From Heterodontus francisci (taxonomy: Eukaryota), in the NCBI RefSeq assembly GCF_036365525.1, contig NC_090384.1:17132264-17196263 (forward strand): a stretch of 64,000 bases of DNA. Reading direction: 5' to 3'. Position 1 is the first letter of the stretch; every line of letters begins with the position of its first letter. The translations under genes were made by a program, and so were the position numbers. Positions 24,626 through 36,037 of the stretch are shown here, piece by piece. Under the pieces are notes generated by a model. That model saw only the letters and a program-made list of their open reading frames with translations, did not search any database and was not told where the DNA came from.

Positions 24626-25790
24626 AGCTCCAGTTTCCCAGGGTAGCGTCCTAGGCCCAACCATCTTCAGCTGCTTCATCAATGACCTACCTTCCATCAT
24701 AACATCAGAAGTGTGGATGTTCGCTAATGATTGCACAATGTTCAGCACCATTCATGACTCCTCAGATTTTTTTTTATTCATTCATGGGATGTGGGTGCCA
24801 CTGGCCAGGCTAGCATTTATTGCATATCCCAAATTGCCCTTGAGAAGGTGGTGGTGAGCTGCCTTCTTTAACCGCTGCAGTCCGTGTGTGGTACGTACAT
24901 CGACAGTGCTGTTAGGAAGGTAGGTCCAGGATTTTAACCCAGCGACAGTGAAGGAACGGCAATATAGTTCCATGTCAGGATGGTGTGTAACTTGGAGGGG
25001 AACTTGCAGGTGGTGGTGTTCCCATGCATTTGCTGCCCTTGTCCTTCTAGTTGGTAGAGGCCACAGGTTTGGAAGGTGCTGTCTAAGTAGCCTTGGTGCA
25101 TTGCTGCAGTGCATCTTGTAGATGGTACACACTGCTGGCACTCTGCATCAGTGGTCGAGTGAGTGAATGTTTGTAGATGTGGTGCCAATCAAGCAAGTTG
25201 CTTTGTCCTGGATGGTGTCGAGCTTCTTGAGTGTTGTTGGAGCTGCACCCATCCAGGCAAGTGGAGAGTATTCCATCACACTCCTGGCTTGTGCCTTGTA
25301 GATGGTGGACAGGCTTTGGGGAGTCAGGAGGTGAGTTACTTGCCTCAGGATTCTTAGCCTGCTCTTGTAGCCACGGTATTTATATAGCTACTCCAGTTCA
25401 GTTTCTGATCAATGGTAGTCCCTAGCATGTTGATAGTGGGGGATTCAGCGATGGTAATGCCATTGAATGTCAAGGGGAGATGGTTAGATTCCCTCTTTTT
25501 GGAGATGGTCATTGCCTGGCACTTGTGTGGCATGAATGTTACTTGCCATTTATCAGCCCAAGCCTGGATATTGTGCAGGTCTTGCTGCATTTCTACATGG
25601 ACTGCTTCAGTATCTGAGGAGTCACGAATGGTGCTGAACATTGTGCAATCATCAGTGAACATCCCCACTTCTGACCTTATGAATGAAGGAAGGTCATTGA
25701 TGAAGCAGCTGAAGATGTTTGGGCCTAGGACACTACCCTGAGGACCTCCTGCAGTGATGTTCTGGAGCTCAGATGATTGACCTCCAACAA

Positions 25791-26143
25791 CCAAGTGGCG
25801 CAGTGGTTAGCACCGCAGCCTCACAGCTCCAGGGACCCGGGTTTGATTCCGGGTACTGCCTGTGTGGAGTTTGCAAGTTCTCCCTGTGTCTGCGTGGGTT
25901 TTCTCCGGGTGCTCCGGTTTCCTCCCACAAGCCAAAAGACTTGCAGGTTGATAGGTAAATTGGCCATTATAAATTGTCACTAGTATAGGTAGGTGGTAGG
26001 GAAATATAGGGGCAGGTGGGGATGTTTGGTAGGAATATGGGATTAGTGTAGGATTAGTATAAATGGGTGGTTGATGTTCGGCACAGACTCGGTGGGCCGA
26101 AGGGCCTGTTTCAGTGCTGTATCTCTAATCTAATCTAATCTAA
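25791..26143 (+). mobile_element. full-length tRNA-derived V-SINE (HE1-like) inserted in the LINE
   Basis: A box TGGCGCAGTGG, B box GGTTTGATTCC, V-domain tgtgtggagtttgca..ttctccctgtgtctgcgtgggttt, CR1-like tail, (CTAAT)n end, short aacca duplication. Confidence 0.9.
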
Positions 26144-27332
26144 CCACAACCATCATCCTTTGCACTAGGTATGACTCCAGCCATCGGAGGGTTTTCCCCT
26201 GATTCCCATTGACCTCAGTTTTGCTAGGGCTCCTTGATGCCATCCTCGGTGAAATGCTGCCTTGATGTCAAGTGCAGTCAATCTCACTTCACCTCTTGAG
26301 TTCAGCTCTTTTGTCCATGTTTGAACCAAGGCTGTAATGAGGTCAGAAGCTGAGAGGCCCTGGCGGAACCCAAATTGAGCATCACTGAGCAGGTTATTGC
26401 TAAGCAAGTCCCGCTTGATGGCAGTATTGATGATGACACCTTCCATCACTTTACTGATGATTGAGAGTAGGCTGATGGGGTGGTAATTGGCCGGGTTGGG
26501 CTTGTCCTGTTTTTTGTGTATGGGACGTACCTGGGCAATGTTCCACATTGCAGGATAGATGCCAGTGTTGTAGCGGTACTGGAACAGCTTCGCTAGGGGC
26601 GCAGAATGTTCTGGAGCACAGGTCTTCATTACTATTGCCTGAATATTGTCATGGCCCAAAGCCTTTGCAGTATCCAGTGCCTTCTGTCGTTTCTTAATAT
26701 CATGCGGAGTGAATCGATTTGGCTGAAGTCTGGCATCAGTGATGCTGGGTCTTCAGAAGGAGTCCGAGATGGATCGTCAACTCGGCACTTCTGGCTGAAG
26801 ATTGTTGCAAATGCTTCAGAGTTATCTTTTGCACTGATGTGCTGGGCTCCCCCATCATTGAGGATGGGGATATTTGTGGAGCCACCTCCTCCAGTTAGTT
26901 GTTTAATTGTCCACCACCATTCACAGCTGGATGTGGCAGGACTGCAGAGCTTAGATCTGATCCATTGGTTATGGGATCGCTTACCTCTGTCTATCGCATG
27001 CTGCTTACGCAGTTTGGCACGCAGATTGTCCTGTGTTGTAGCTTCCCCAGGTTGACACCGCATTTTTAGGTATGCCGGGTGCTGCTCCTGGCATGCCCTC
27101 CTGCACTCTTCATTGAACCAGGGGTGGTCTCCTGGCTTGATGGTAATGGTAGAGTGGGGGATATTGCAGGCCATGAGGTTACAGATGGTGGTTGAGTACA
27201 ATTCTGCTGCAGCTGATGACCCACAGCGCCTCATGGATGCCCAGTTTTGCATTGCTAGACCTGTTTGAAATCTATCCCATTTAGCATGGTGGTAGTGCCA
27301 CACAACACGATGGAGGGTATCCTCAATGTGAA

Positions 27333-27578
27333 GGCAGAGACCAGAATCACAAAGATGATGTGCTGAAAGTGATCGCCCAAACCAGCAGCATGGGTGCAAA
27401 ACAGAGCAAAATTATTCTGGACGAGCTGAAAAGCCAATGAGACAAACAGAAAGCCAAAGGTCAGGCTCAGGTATGGATTGTGACTCATTACCTGCTTCAG
27501 GCCTGTTAGATATGCAACAATGAAATGATCTTTAGGATCAAAGCAACCTGTGTGCTCCTTTACTCCAAGTAACAGAAT
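27333..27578 (-). pseudogene. MFSD2: intron-less fragment of an MFSD2-family lysolipid symporter mRNA captured inside the LINE
   Basis: ILLLGVKE..AYLTGLKQVMSHNPYLSLTFGFLFVSLAFQLVQNNFALFCTHAAGLGDHFQHIIFVILVSA; recognised from memory as resembling MFSD2A/B (LGVRE..GLRLVMSHGPY..GFLFTSLAF.LV..NF.LFCT...FQN); 82 codons, no stops. Confidence 0.8.
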
Positions 27579-30530
27579 CGTCTCCACAAGGGCTGTGCGG
27601 TGGTTACTCCTACCAATACTGTCATGGACAGATGCATCTGCGGCAGGCAGATTGGTGAGGACGAGGTCAAGTATGTTTTCCCCTCGTGTTGGTTCCCTCG
27701 CCACCTGCCGCATACCCAGTCTAGCAGCTATGTCCTTTAGGACTCGGCCAGCTCGGTCAGTAGTGGGTGCTACCGAGCCACTCTTGGTGATGGACATTGG
27801 AGTCCCCCACCATTGCTTCCTCCAAGTGCTGATCAACATGGAGGAATACTGAGTCATCAGCTGAAGGAGCGCGGTAGGTGGTAATCAGCAGGATGTTTCC
27901 TTCTCCATGTTTGATCTGATGCCATGAGACTTCATGGGGTCCAGAGTCGATGTTGAGGACTCCCAGGGCAACTCCCTCCCTACTGTATACCACTGTGCCG
28001 GTGGGGCAGGACATATCCAGGGATGGTGATGGCAGTGTCTGGGACATTGTCTGTCAGGTATGATTCTGTGAGTATGACTATGTCAGGCTGTTGCTTGACT
28101 AGTCTGTGGGACAGCTCTCCCAACTTTGGCACAGGCCCCCAGACCCGTTATTGTTTCTGGTGCCTCGGTCGATGCGGGTGGTCCATCCGGTTTCATTCCC
28201 TTTTATTGACTTCATAGTGGTTAGATACAACTGAGTGGCTTGTTACGCCATTTCAGAGGGCATGTAAGAGTCAACCACATTGCTGTGGGTCTGGAGTCAC
28301 ATGTCGGCCAGACCAGGGAAGAACAGCAGATTTCCTTCCCTAAAGGGCATGAGTGAACCAGATGGGTATTTACAACAATGGTTTCATGGCCATCATTAGA
28401 CTAGCTTTTTAATTCCAAATTTATTAATTGAATTCAAATTCCACCTTCTGCTGTGGTGGGATTTGAACCCATGTCCCCAGAGCTATACCCTGGGTCTTTG
28501 GGTTCCAAGTCCAGTGACAATACCACTACGCCACCACCTCCCCCTGTGGCAAGGAATATTTGCGCCAAACAAGGACCAAGCAATAACCATCTCTAATAAG
28601 AGAGAATGTAACCATCTCCCTTTGATACTCAATGGCATTACCATTGTGGAAACCCCCACTATCAACAGCCTGGGGGGTACCATTGACCAGAAACGTCACT
28701 AGACCAGCCATATAAATACTGTGACTACAAGAGCACATTAGAGGCTGGGAATTCTGTGACAATTAACTCACCTCCTGACTCCCCAAAGCCTGTTCATTAT
28801 CTACAAGGCACAAGTCAGGAGTGTGATGGAATACTGTCCAATTGCTTGGATAAGTGCAGTTTAAATAACACTCAAGAAGCTTGACGCCATCCAGGACAAA
28901 GCAGCCCGCTTGACCTGCACCCCATCTTCCACATTAAACATTCACTCCCTCCACCACTGGTGCACAGTGACAGCCGTGTGTACAATCGATAAGATGCACT
29001 GCAACAACTCACCAAGCCTCCTTATACTGCATCTTTCAATCCCACTACCTCTACCACCTCGACAGATAAGGGCAACAGTCACAGGGGAACAACACCACCA
29101 CCTGCAAGTTCCCCTCCAAGCCACAGACCATCCTAACTTGGAACTGTATGGCTGTTCCTTTGCTGCTGCTGGGTCAAAGATTTGGAACTTCCTTTCGAAC
29201 ATAACTGTGGGTGTCCCTACAACCACTTGGACTGCAGCGGTTCAAGAAAGCGGCTCACCCCCAACTTCTCAATTGCAATTGGGGATGCACAACAAATGCT
29301 GGCTTTGCCACTGACACACTCATCCCATGGAAAAAATTAAAAAATCAAGGTGAGTAAAATCCAAGGTCAGTGAAAAGACTTCCAGAAAGTTGGAAATCAC
29401 CCATGAAGCAGAGTAATCAGGCTCTCAGAACAAGTGCTGTAAACGCTTTAATAAACCTGAATCTATGATGAACTGTCTACGATTCTTTAACAAAATCCAT
29501 GCTGCATTTGCAGTTTTAATAACTGTCGGGGAAGACAAAGTAAAAAATTATTGTGTTTCCATGAACATGTTTTTGTCATTAACTGATTTTTGTTTTGCTG
29601 CGAATTGGATTAAAGGGCAAGTTTTACAAGAATGTCAAAGATCAGTAACTGCAATGTGCATCGTTTACTATCCAGTTTGAGGGCAGATAACCTGTGTGGC
29701 TAATGTCACTTGAAAGTCGTCTGCATCCTATTGCATTAAAGGTACATCTTTGATAACAGGTAAGAGATTTGGCTTGGACATAAATTGCTTAATCTTGAGT
29801 ACAATCTTACAGATGGTGACTAAACATTTTGTAACTGAATAATACACGCAGTAGGAATTTCTCAAATCTTTGCAGAAAAGCTTTTTGTTAATAATTGTCC
29901 TGTCAGAGCTCAATCAGAATTAACAGTGATGGACTGAGTTATAGACATAAGTGAATTTAAGAGAATAGCTTTAGTGGAGGAACTGAAGGGCGCTCTTTAT
30001 TTTTAATTGTGTTCATCTAATTTTGTCACTAGCTTTGGTGAGTAAATGACATTTTATTTTAGAATCCAGGACCTAGTTTACTAGTCTTGGCTACCGACTG
30101 TTAGTCTTTTTGTCCCTTCCTGACCCACTGTGCTTTTCTGTTTTACATGACTCTTCTGAAGTGCCATCTGCTCCAACCTATAAAATTCTCCTGATCTGGA
30201 GATCACTGCCTTTTTGTTGGCTGCCCTGCATATTACAGGCAGTTGGAGAAAGTGCACAAGCATTGACCATCACGGGTTAAATTAGCTTGTGACAATAGCA
30301 GTGTGAGAAATGCTCTGTCATCCTATTGCTGAATTTTTACTGCCTCGCCTCAATAACCACAATAACAATCCTCTCCTTCAGTCTTATGGTTTATTGGATG
30401 AATTTGCACTCCTGATACAGTGTGAATCCACAGAGGTTATCCAATAAGGTCCATCTACCACCCTGTGACATGCTGTAGCTAGCTCTATTCTTTAAACAAA
30501 CGTAATTCAAGTAATGTAGTAATGTAATGT

Positions 30531-31775
30531 CTAACAAACTTGATTGAATTTTTTGAGGCGGTGACTAGATATGTGGATGAGGGTAAAGCAGTTGATGTAG
30601 TCTACATGGACTTCAGTAAGGCTTTTGATAAGGTCCCGCATGGGAGATTGGTTAAGAAGGTAAGAGCCTGTGGGATCCATGGCAATTTAGCAAATTGGAT
30701 CTAAAATTGGCTTAGTGGCAGGAGGCAGGAGGTGATGGTTGAGGGTTGTTTTTGTGAGTGGAAGCCTATGACCAATGGTGTACTGCAGGGATCGGTGCAG
30801 GAACCCTTGCTGTTTGTAGTGTACATTAATGATTTAGAAGTGACTATCGGAGGTATGATCAGTAAGTTTGCAGATGACACAAAATTTGATGGTGTTGTAA
30901 ATAATGAGGAGGAAAGCCTTAGATTACAAGACGATAGAGATGGGCTGGTAAGATGGGCCGAGCAGTGGCAAATGGAATTTAATTCTGAGAAGTGTGAGGT
31001 GATGCATTTTGGGAGGACTAACAAAGCAAGGGAATATACAATGGATGGTAGGACCCTAGGAATACAGAGGGACCTTGGTGTACTTGTCCATAGATCACTG
31101 AAGGCAGCAGCACAGGTAGTTAAGGTAGTTGTGAAGGCGTATGGGATACTTGTCTTTATTAGCCGAGGCATAGAATATAAGAGCGGGGAGGTTATGTTGG
31201 AGCTGTGTAAAACGCTAGTTAGGCCACAACCAGAGTACTCAGTGCAGTTCTGGTCGTCACACTATAGGAAAGGTGTGATTGCATTGGAGAGGGTACAGAG
31301 GAGATTCACCACGATGTTGCCTGGGCTGGAGAATTTCAGCTATGAAGAGAGACTGGATAGGCTAGGGTTGTTTTCCTTCGAGAAGAGAAGGCTGAGGGGA
31401 GACCTGACTGAGGTATACAAAATTGAGGGGCATTGATAGGATAGATAGGAAGAAACTTTTTCCCTTAGTGGAGGGGCCAATAACCATGGGGCATAGATTT
31501 AAGGTAAGGGGCAGGAGGTTGAGAGGTGATTTGAGGAAAAAAAATTTTCACCCAGAGGGTGGTTGGAATCTGAAATACACTGCCTGAAGTGGTGGCAGAG
31601 GCAGGATCCCTCACAACATTTAAGAAGTATTTAGATGAGCACTTGAAATGCCATAGCATACAAGGCTACGGGCCAAGTGCCAGAAAATGGGATTAGAATA
31701 GATCGGTGCTTGATGGTCGGCACAGACACAGTGGGCTGAAGGGCCTGTTTCTGTGCTGTCTGACTCTATGACTCT
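30531..31775 (+). mobile_element. 5'-truncated CR1 (HER1-like) LINE, RT region and 3' UTR
   Basis: YMDFSKAFDKVPH, KFADDTK, LVRPQPEYSVQFWS, RRLRGDL; (gactctat)-like tail; CAA>TAA stop near 30701. Confidence 0.93.
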
Positions 31776-32261
31776 CCAACACAAACCTTTCACATAGACT
31801 GGCCAACAGCTGTGCATTTTCACTGGTTAAAGGCTTTCAAGCCTGTCAGTTTCATTGAACAATAGCTCCCTGCTGTGTTCTCACCTTGATGACCCTGGTA
31901 AATTCCAAACAGCTCGGGAAACACATGCTCTGGCTGTTAAAGCCAGACACTGAGGTTAAGTCCTCCATTAATTGACAAATTACATAATTGATTTCCTTAA
32001 CCACAATCATGATGTGGATTTCCCACTCGGTTCGCCAACTAACACACATTGATTAAACCTGGAAGGGTCGGGCTAGAATTGGTATTCTCGACCCCCCAGC
32101 ATTTTTCAGGGCTTTAACCTCCCTCCCGCCGACCCCCCAGCCCATACCCAAACCCATTGCTTCCCTCAACCCCGGAAGTAAAATTCTGCCGCTATCTCAA
32201 TAGATAAAACTCCTTCTTCATATTAAGAATTTTGGTTCTTAGGATATTGTTTGTTAGATAC

Positions 32262-32291
32262 CTGTTGTTGAAGTTGTGGTTGATGTTGATG
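32262..32291 (-). CDS. Thr/Ser micro-exon (unit-2 copy of 25..54)
   Basis: same sequence and splice sites. Confidence 0.75.
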
Positions 32292-32451
32292 CTGGAAAGA
32301 ACACAGTTAATGGTGTGAATGTGCAGACTGGAAAATCATCTCAGAATCTATCAATGCTGAATGTCAATTATAATATCGTCAAACATGCAGGTTTCGTTCA
32401 CTGCACAACTTTACTGAAACTATCGGTACAACGGCACAGCTAATTTCATAC

Positions 32452-32481
32452 CTGTTGCTGAAGTTGTAGTTGTTGTCGAGG
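32452..32481 (-). CDS. Thr/Ser micro-exon (copy of 215..244)
   Basis: same sequence and splice sites. Confidence 0.75.
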
Positions 32482-33341
32482 CTGGAAAGGAGACATTTGA
32501 AGCTGTGATTGTGGAAGGTATAAAATCATCCCATCATTTATAAAAGCAGTTTACCAGTTGGCAATTCATCAACTATGCATTTCTCATAATCCTCCCCTCA
32601 GTCTTATTTAGAAGGGTTTGCTCATTTCCTGTACCTTTCTTCCACCAGCAACATAATCTTATTAATATTATAAAGCTGACAGTAACCGAGAAGCAATTGC
32701 AATGCAGCTCCTTTTTGAAGGTTTCAAATGATTCTGCCACAGCTGTCATGTCCATTAGATCCTTCTGAATGCCCAGTGGACATATATTGATCCGAGACTG
32801 CATGTAGAAGAAGGTGGTCACCCCACAGCTAGAGGGGAATATTGAGGTAGTGAGAGAGTGTGAAGTGGTTTTGAAAAAAGTAATATACTTGGCGTGATCA
32901 GAACATGCAGTATGTTTTCACAGGGAATGGTTGAGACAGGGACCATTGCATCTTTAAGCAGCAATGTAAATAAACATTTGAAGTAGAGGAAGATGCAGGG
33001 ATAAGAATTGATATCAGATAATTGGGGTTGCTTTTGGTTTGCGCAGGAAACAGGAGCACAGAATCCAATGGGCCAAAAGGTGCTCTTCATTTCTAAGTTT
33101 CATACAATTGAAAGTGCTCAATGGGAAATTTTCAGTATAAAAGCAGAGGTTAATTCAAAAATATTTTTGCATAGATAACCTGCATTTTTATTTTGGCAGG
33201 TTCAAGAGTGAGAATTACTATCCAATTGGGGTCCATTTCTGGGATAATGAAATTCGAAGGAGACTTTGATGCTTTGACAGAGTAACTTTGATGATTGTGA
33301 AATCAGTGCAAACTATTGGAATTAGGTGATGAACTTTCTAC

Positions 33342-33371
33342 CTGTTGTTGAAGTTGGAGTGGTTGTTGACT
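33342..33371 (-). CDS. Thr/Ser micro-exon (copy of 1105..1134)
   Basis: same sequence and splice sites. Confidence 0.72.
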
Positions 33372-33729
33372 CTGGAAAAAAGAGAGTTGAAGATATAAAT
33401 TCAAAAAATTCAAAATTACAGATGCCAATATTAGTGGGTGAATAGTTAAAACTTGTAAATGCTTTCCTCACTCTGCTACTTAACTAAAACAAATGGAAGA
33501 ATAACATTCTTCATTTGAAAATTCCAATTGCCAAGACAATGATTGTCATTATTTAGAGTATTCATTTCCTGCCTGATGAAGGTGTAACTGTTAGGAATAT
33601 TAAATTATACTGTGACCTTCCATGGAGAAGACTAATTATCAAGTACTGAAACCTGCAGTCAATCTTCATACAATGACTATGTTGTGAGGTCAATGTAAAA
33701 TGCTTCAATTACTATTGGTAATTTGATAC

Positions 33730-33771
33730 CTGTTGTTGAAGTCAAAGTTGTTGTTGGTGTCAATGTTGATG
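33730..33771 (-). CDS. Thr/Ser micro-exon (copy of 1493..1534)
   Basis: same sequence and splice sites. Confidence 0.72.
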
Positions 33772-34591
33772 CTGCAAAGTAAAGATTTGAATGTTTAGGT
33801 GAGGAGGATATTGAGAAATTGCATCTTCTTTCAGTGGGAAATACTGGATGTGAAGTGAACAAACATGTGGAAATGGGCAGCATAAGCAATGAATTTCATG
33901 ATGCTGAACATTGATGCTGGAAAGGATACAGTGAAAGGCACAACTGAAAGTTTGAAAACAGCTGTCGTAAAGAAAATAGGAATGCAAGTACTGAGCACTA
34001 ATGAATAGCAATAACAGAATATGCCCTTTTGCAGCATGCCTAACACCCTGCTCCTGGCTATTTGAGTCAAGAGTTAAAAAGAATGAAAATACACAGCAGG
34101 ATGATCAAGACAAGATAGATCAGTGTTGTTGGAGCAAGTTCATTAGCCAGAACTAAAACTGAAATATGTGATGTATTCCAATGTTAGGAAGCTGAACAAT
34201 AACAAGAATATATGTTTCCCACAGTATGCAGTAGTCGAGTGTCTCTTACAAAATCTAGTTGAGTGTTTTCTTTTAGACCCAAGAACATCACAACGGTGAC
34301 ATGAATGGTGAAAAAACTAGGAAACGGATGGTGAAAAACAGGAAACATTGCTTTCAGGTATAAAACATTTGGATAGCATTTTGATTTGGACGCTGTATGA
34401 GACACACACAGGAAGCTTGCACACTGTATACACACACACACACACCGAACTCTCCAAAATAACCATCCAATCAAAAAGTATATAATCACAGATCATTACA
34501 GAGAAGTTTTGCTGTGAAAGGAACGTGTTACTGATCAATATGACATTGTCTATCACCAATCTATCACCTTTTGACATGCATTCAGAGCCAT

Positions 34592-36037
34592 GGGTCGTAA
34601 TTTTACCTTGACAAATCGGGCGTCCTCGGAGGTGGCTTCAGTGAAAAATGGCAAGCAATGATGTCAGATTGTGTCCCTGATGTCATGACGCCAGATCGCC
34701 ATTTTCCACTGGTCAGACGCAGGCGAGATGGGACCACCTCTCAGCATCCGATTTAAGGCAATTGACGGCCAATTGAGACAATTAAAGAGCCAATTAAATG
34801 CTATTTTACGTCCCCTGTGCCATTTTACGTTATGTGCATGGGCCATAACATGGGGGAGGGAGGTGGACACAGCTTTAAATGAGTGTGAAAGGCTCTCCCA
34901 CTGAAGGAGTTTGAGGTACTGGAGTTTTGTGTTTCGTGTGTTTGATGAAACAGTAAATTTAAAGGTCTGAGCTGATATTGCTGGCTCCCCAGGGCTCACT
35001 TCAGTGAGTAATAATCGTGGCAGCACCATAGCTTCTGAGATTTCTCCTTGGTGGGGGAGGGCGGTGCGAGTGCCATTCCTCACAGAAGGCACTAAAAAGC
35101 TGTGCCCATTCTATTTTAGGGACACTGCTCTCATGGACGTTGTCCATTCTGGATGAGGGTCCTCTGGTGATGAAGAGAACTGGACAAGAAGGGACAGGCG
35201 GGCAAGTGGACAAGCAAATCAGCGACCTGCTGTCCAGCTTGGTAATAGGGGAGGGGCAGAAGGCCACAGAGTGCACCGGGCGCAAAGACCTGTGAGGAGA
35301 CGAGTCTACCCAGGAGGCAGGGAGTACCAGCAGCAGTTGAGCTTCCTACAGATGTCTGAGCGCCAGTGCCTTAGCAGACTGCGCCTGTCCCGAGAGACTG
35401 CGACATCTCTGTGTAAGATGATGGCAGCAGAGGTCAGCTCCAACTGTATGGGTGGCCATCTATTGCTGGTGGCTCGAAATTTCAGAGTCGCTCTGAACAT
35501 CTATGTATCAGGCTTTTTCCAGGCTTCCACAGGAGACACATGCAGAGTCTCACATCATAAAGGTGGTAACTGATACCATATTCAGGAGGACCCACCAGTA
35601 CATCAAGTTCAAGACTGATTCGGCCAGTCAGGCTGAGAGAGCCAGAGGCTTCAGCACCATTGCTGGGTTTCACATGGATAAAGGAGTTATTGACTGCACA
35701 CATTTGGCCATCAAAGCTGCTGCAGGTCAGCCAGGGGCCTTCATTAGCTGGAAGGGATTTCACTCAATGAATGTCTAATTTGTGTGTGACCACTGCAAGA
35801 GTCTATTGCAGGTGTGTGCTCGCTATCCATTAATTCTCTGGAACTCCCAGGTGCCATCGCTTTTCAACCCCCCATAATTCCTCCAAGGATGGATACTTGG
35901 CGACAGGGCTTACCTGCTGAAGTGATAGCAGATGACATCTGAGGAGCCCATGGAATGAGGCTGAGGAACATTGTCCATTTTTTTAGAAAAGGTGAAGTCG
36001 GTTTTTTGATGAGGAAGAACATTTTTACGCAATGGGT
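34592..36037 (+). mobile_element. degenerate Harbinger transposon (unit-2 copy)
   Basis: copy of 2355..3800. Confidence 0.85.

Larger units (their letters stand above)
24768..28544 (-). mobile_element. near full-length decayed CR1/L2-group LINE (APE endonuclease and RT) with a tRNA-derived 5' head
   Basis: QPDIVILTESY, TTYRAPS, GDSNVHH, PTRGENILDLVLTN, SNHRT; YHPISLLSIISKVMEG, QFGFR, LDIKAAF, PQGSVLGP, FTDD; A-rich 3' tail at 24768. Confidence 0.9.
24630..29345 (+). mobile_element. 5'-truncated CR1/L2-group LINE (24630-24767 plus 28545-29345) interrupted by an antisense copy of the same family
   Basis: QGSVLGPTIFSCFINDLP..FANDCT, then WQ..FAPNK.QAITISNKRE; 3' tail aaatgctggc..catcccatgg..A-rich. 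Confidence 0.8.
1..32237. repeat. ~32.24-kb tandem segmental repeat, unit 1 (phase arbitrary)
   Basis: cttaggatattgtttgttag at 1 recurs at 32238; nearly all ORFs recur at offset 32237-32244 with near-identical translations. Confidence 0.98.

Noticed and set aside
25795-25860. tRNA gene
   Set aside because: The A/B boxes continue into a V-domain and LINE-like tail; this is a SINE head.
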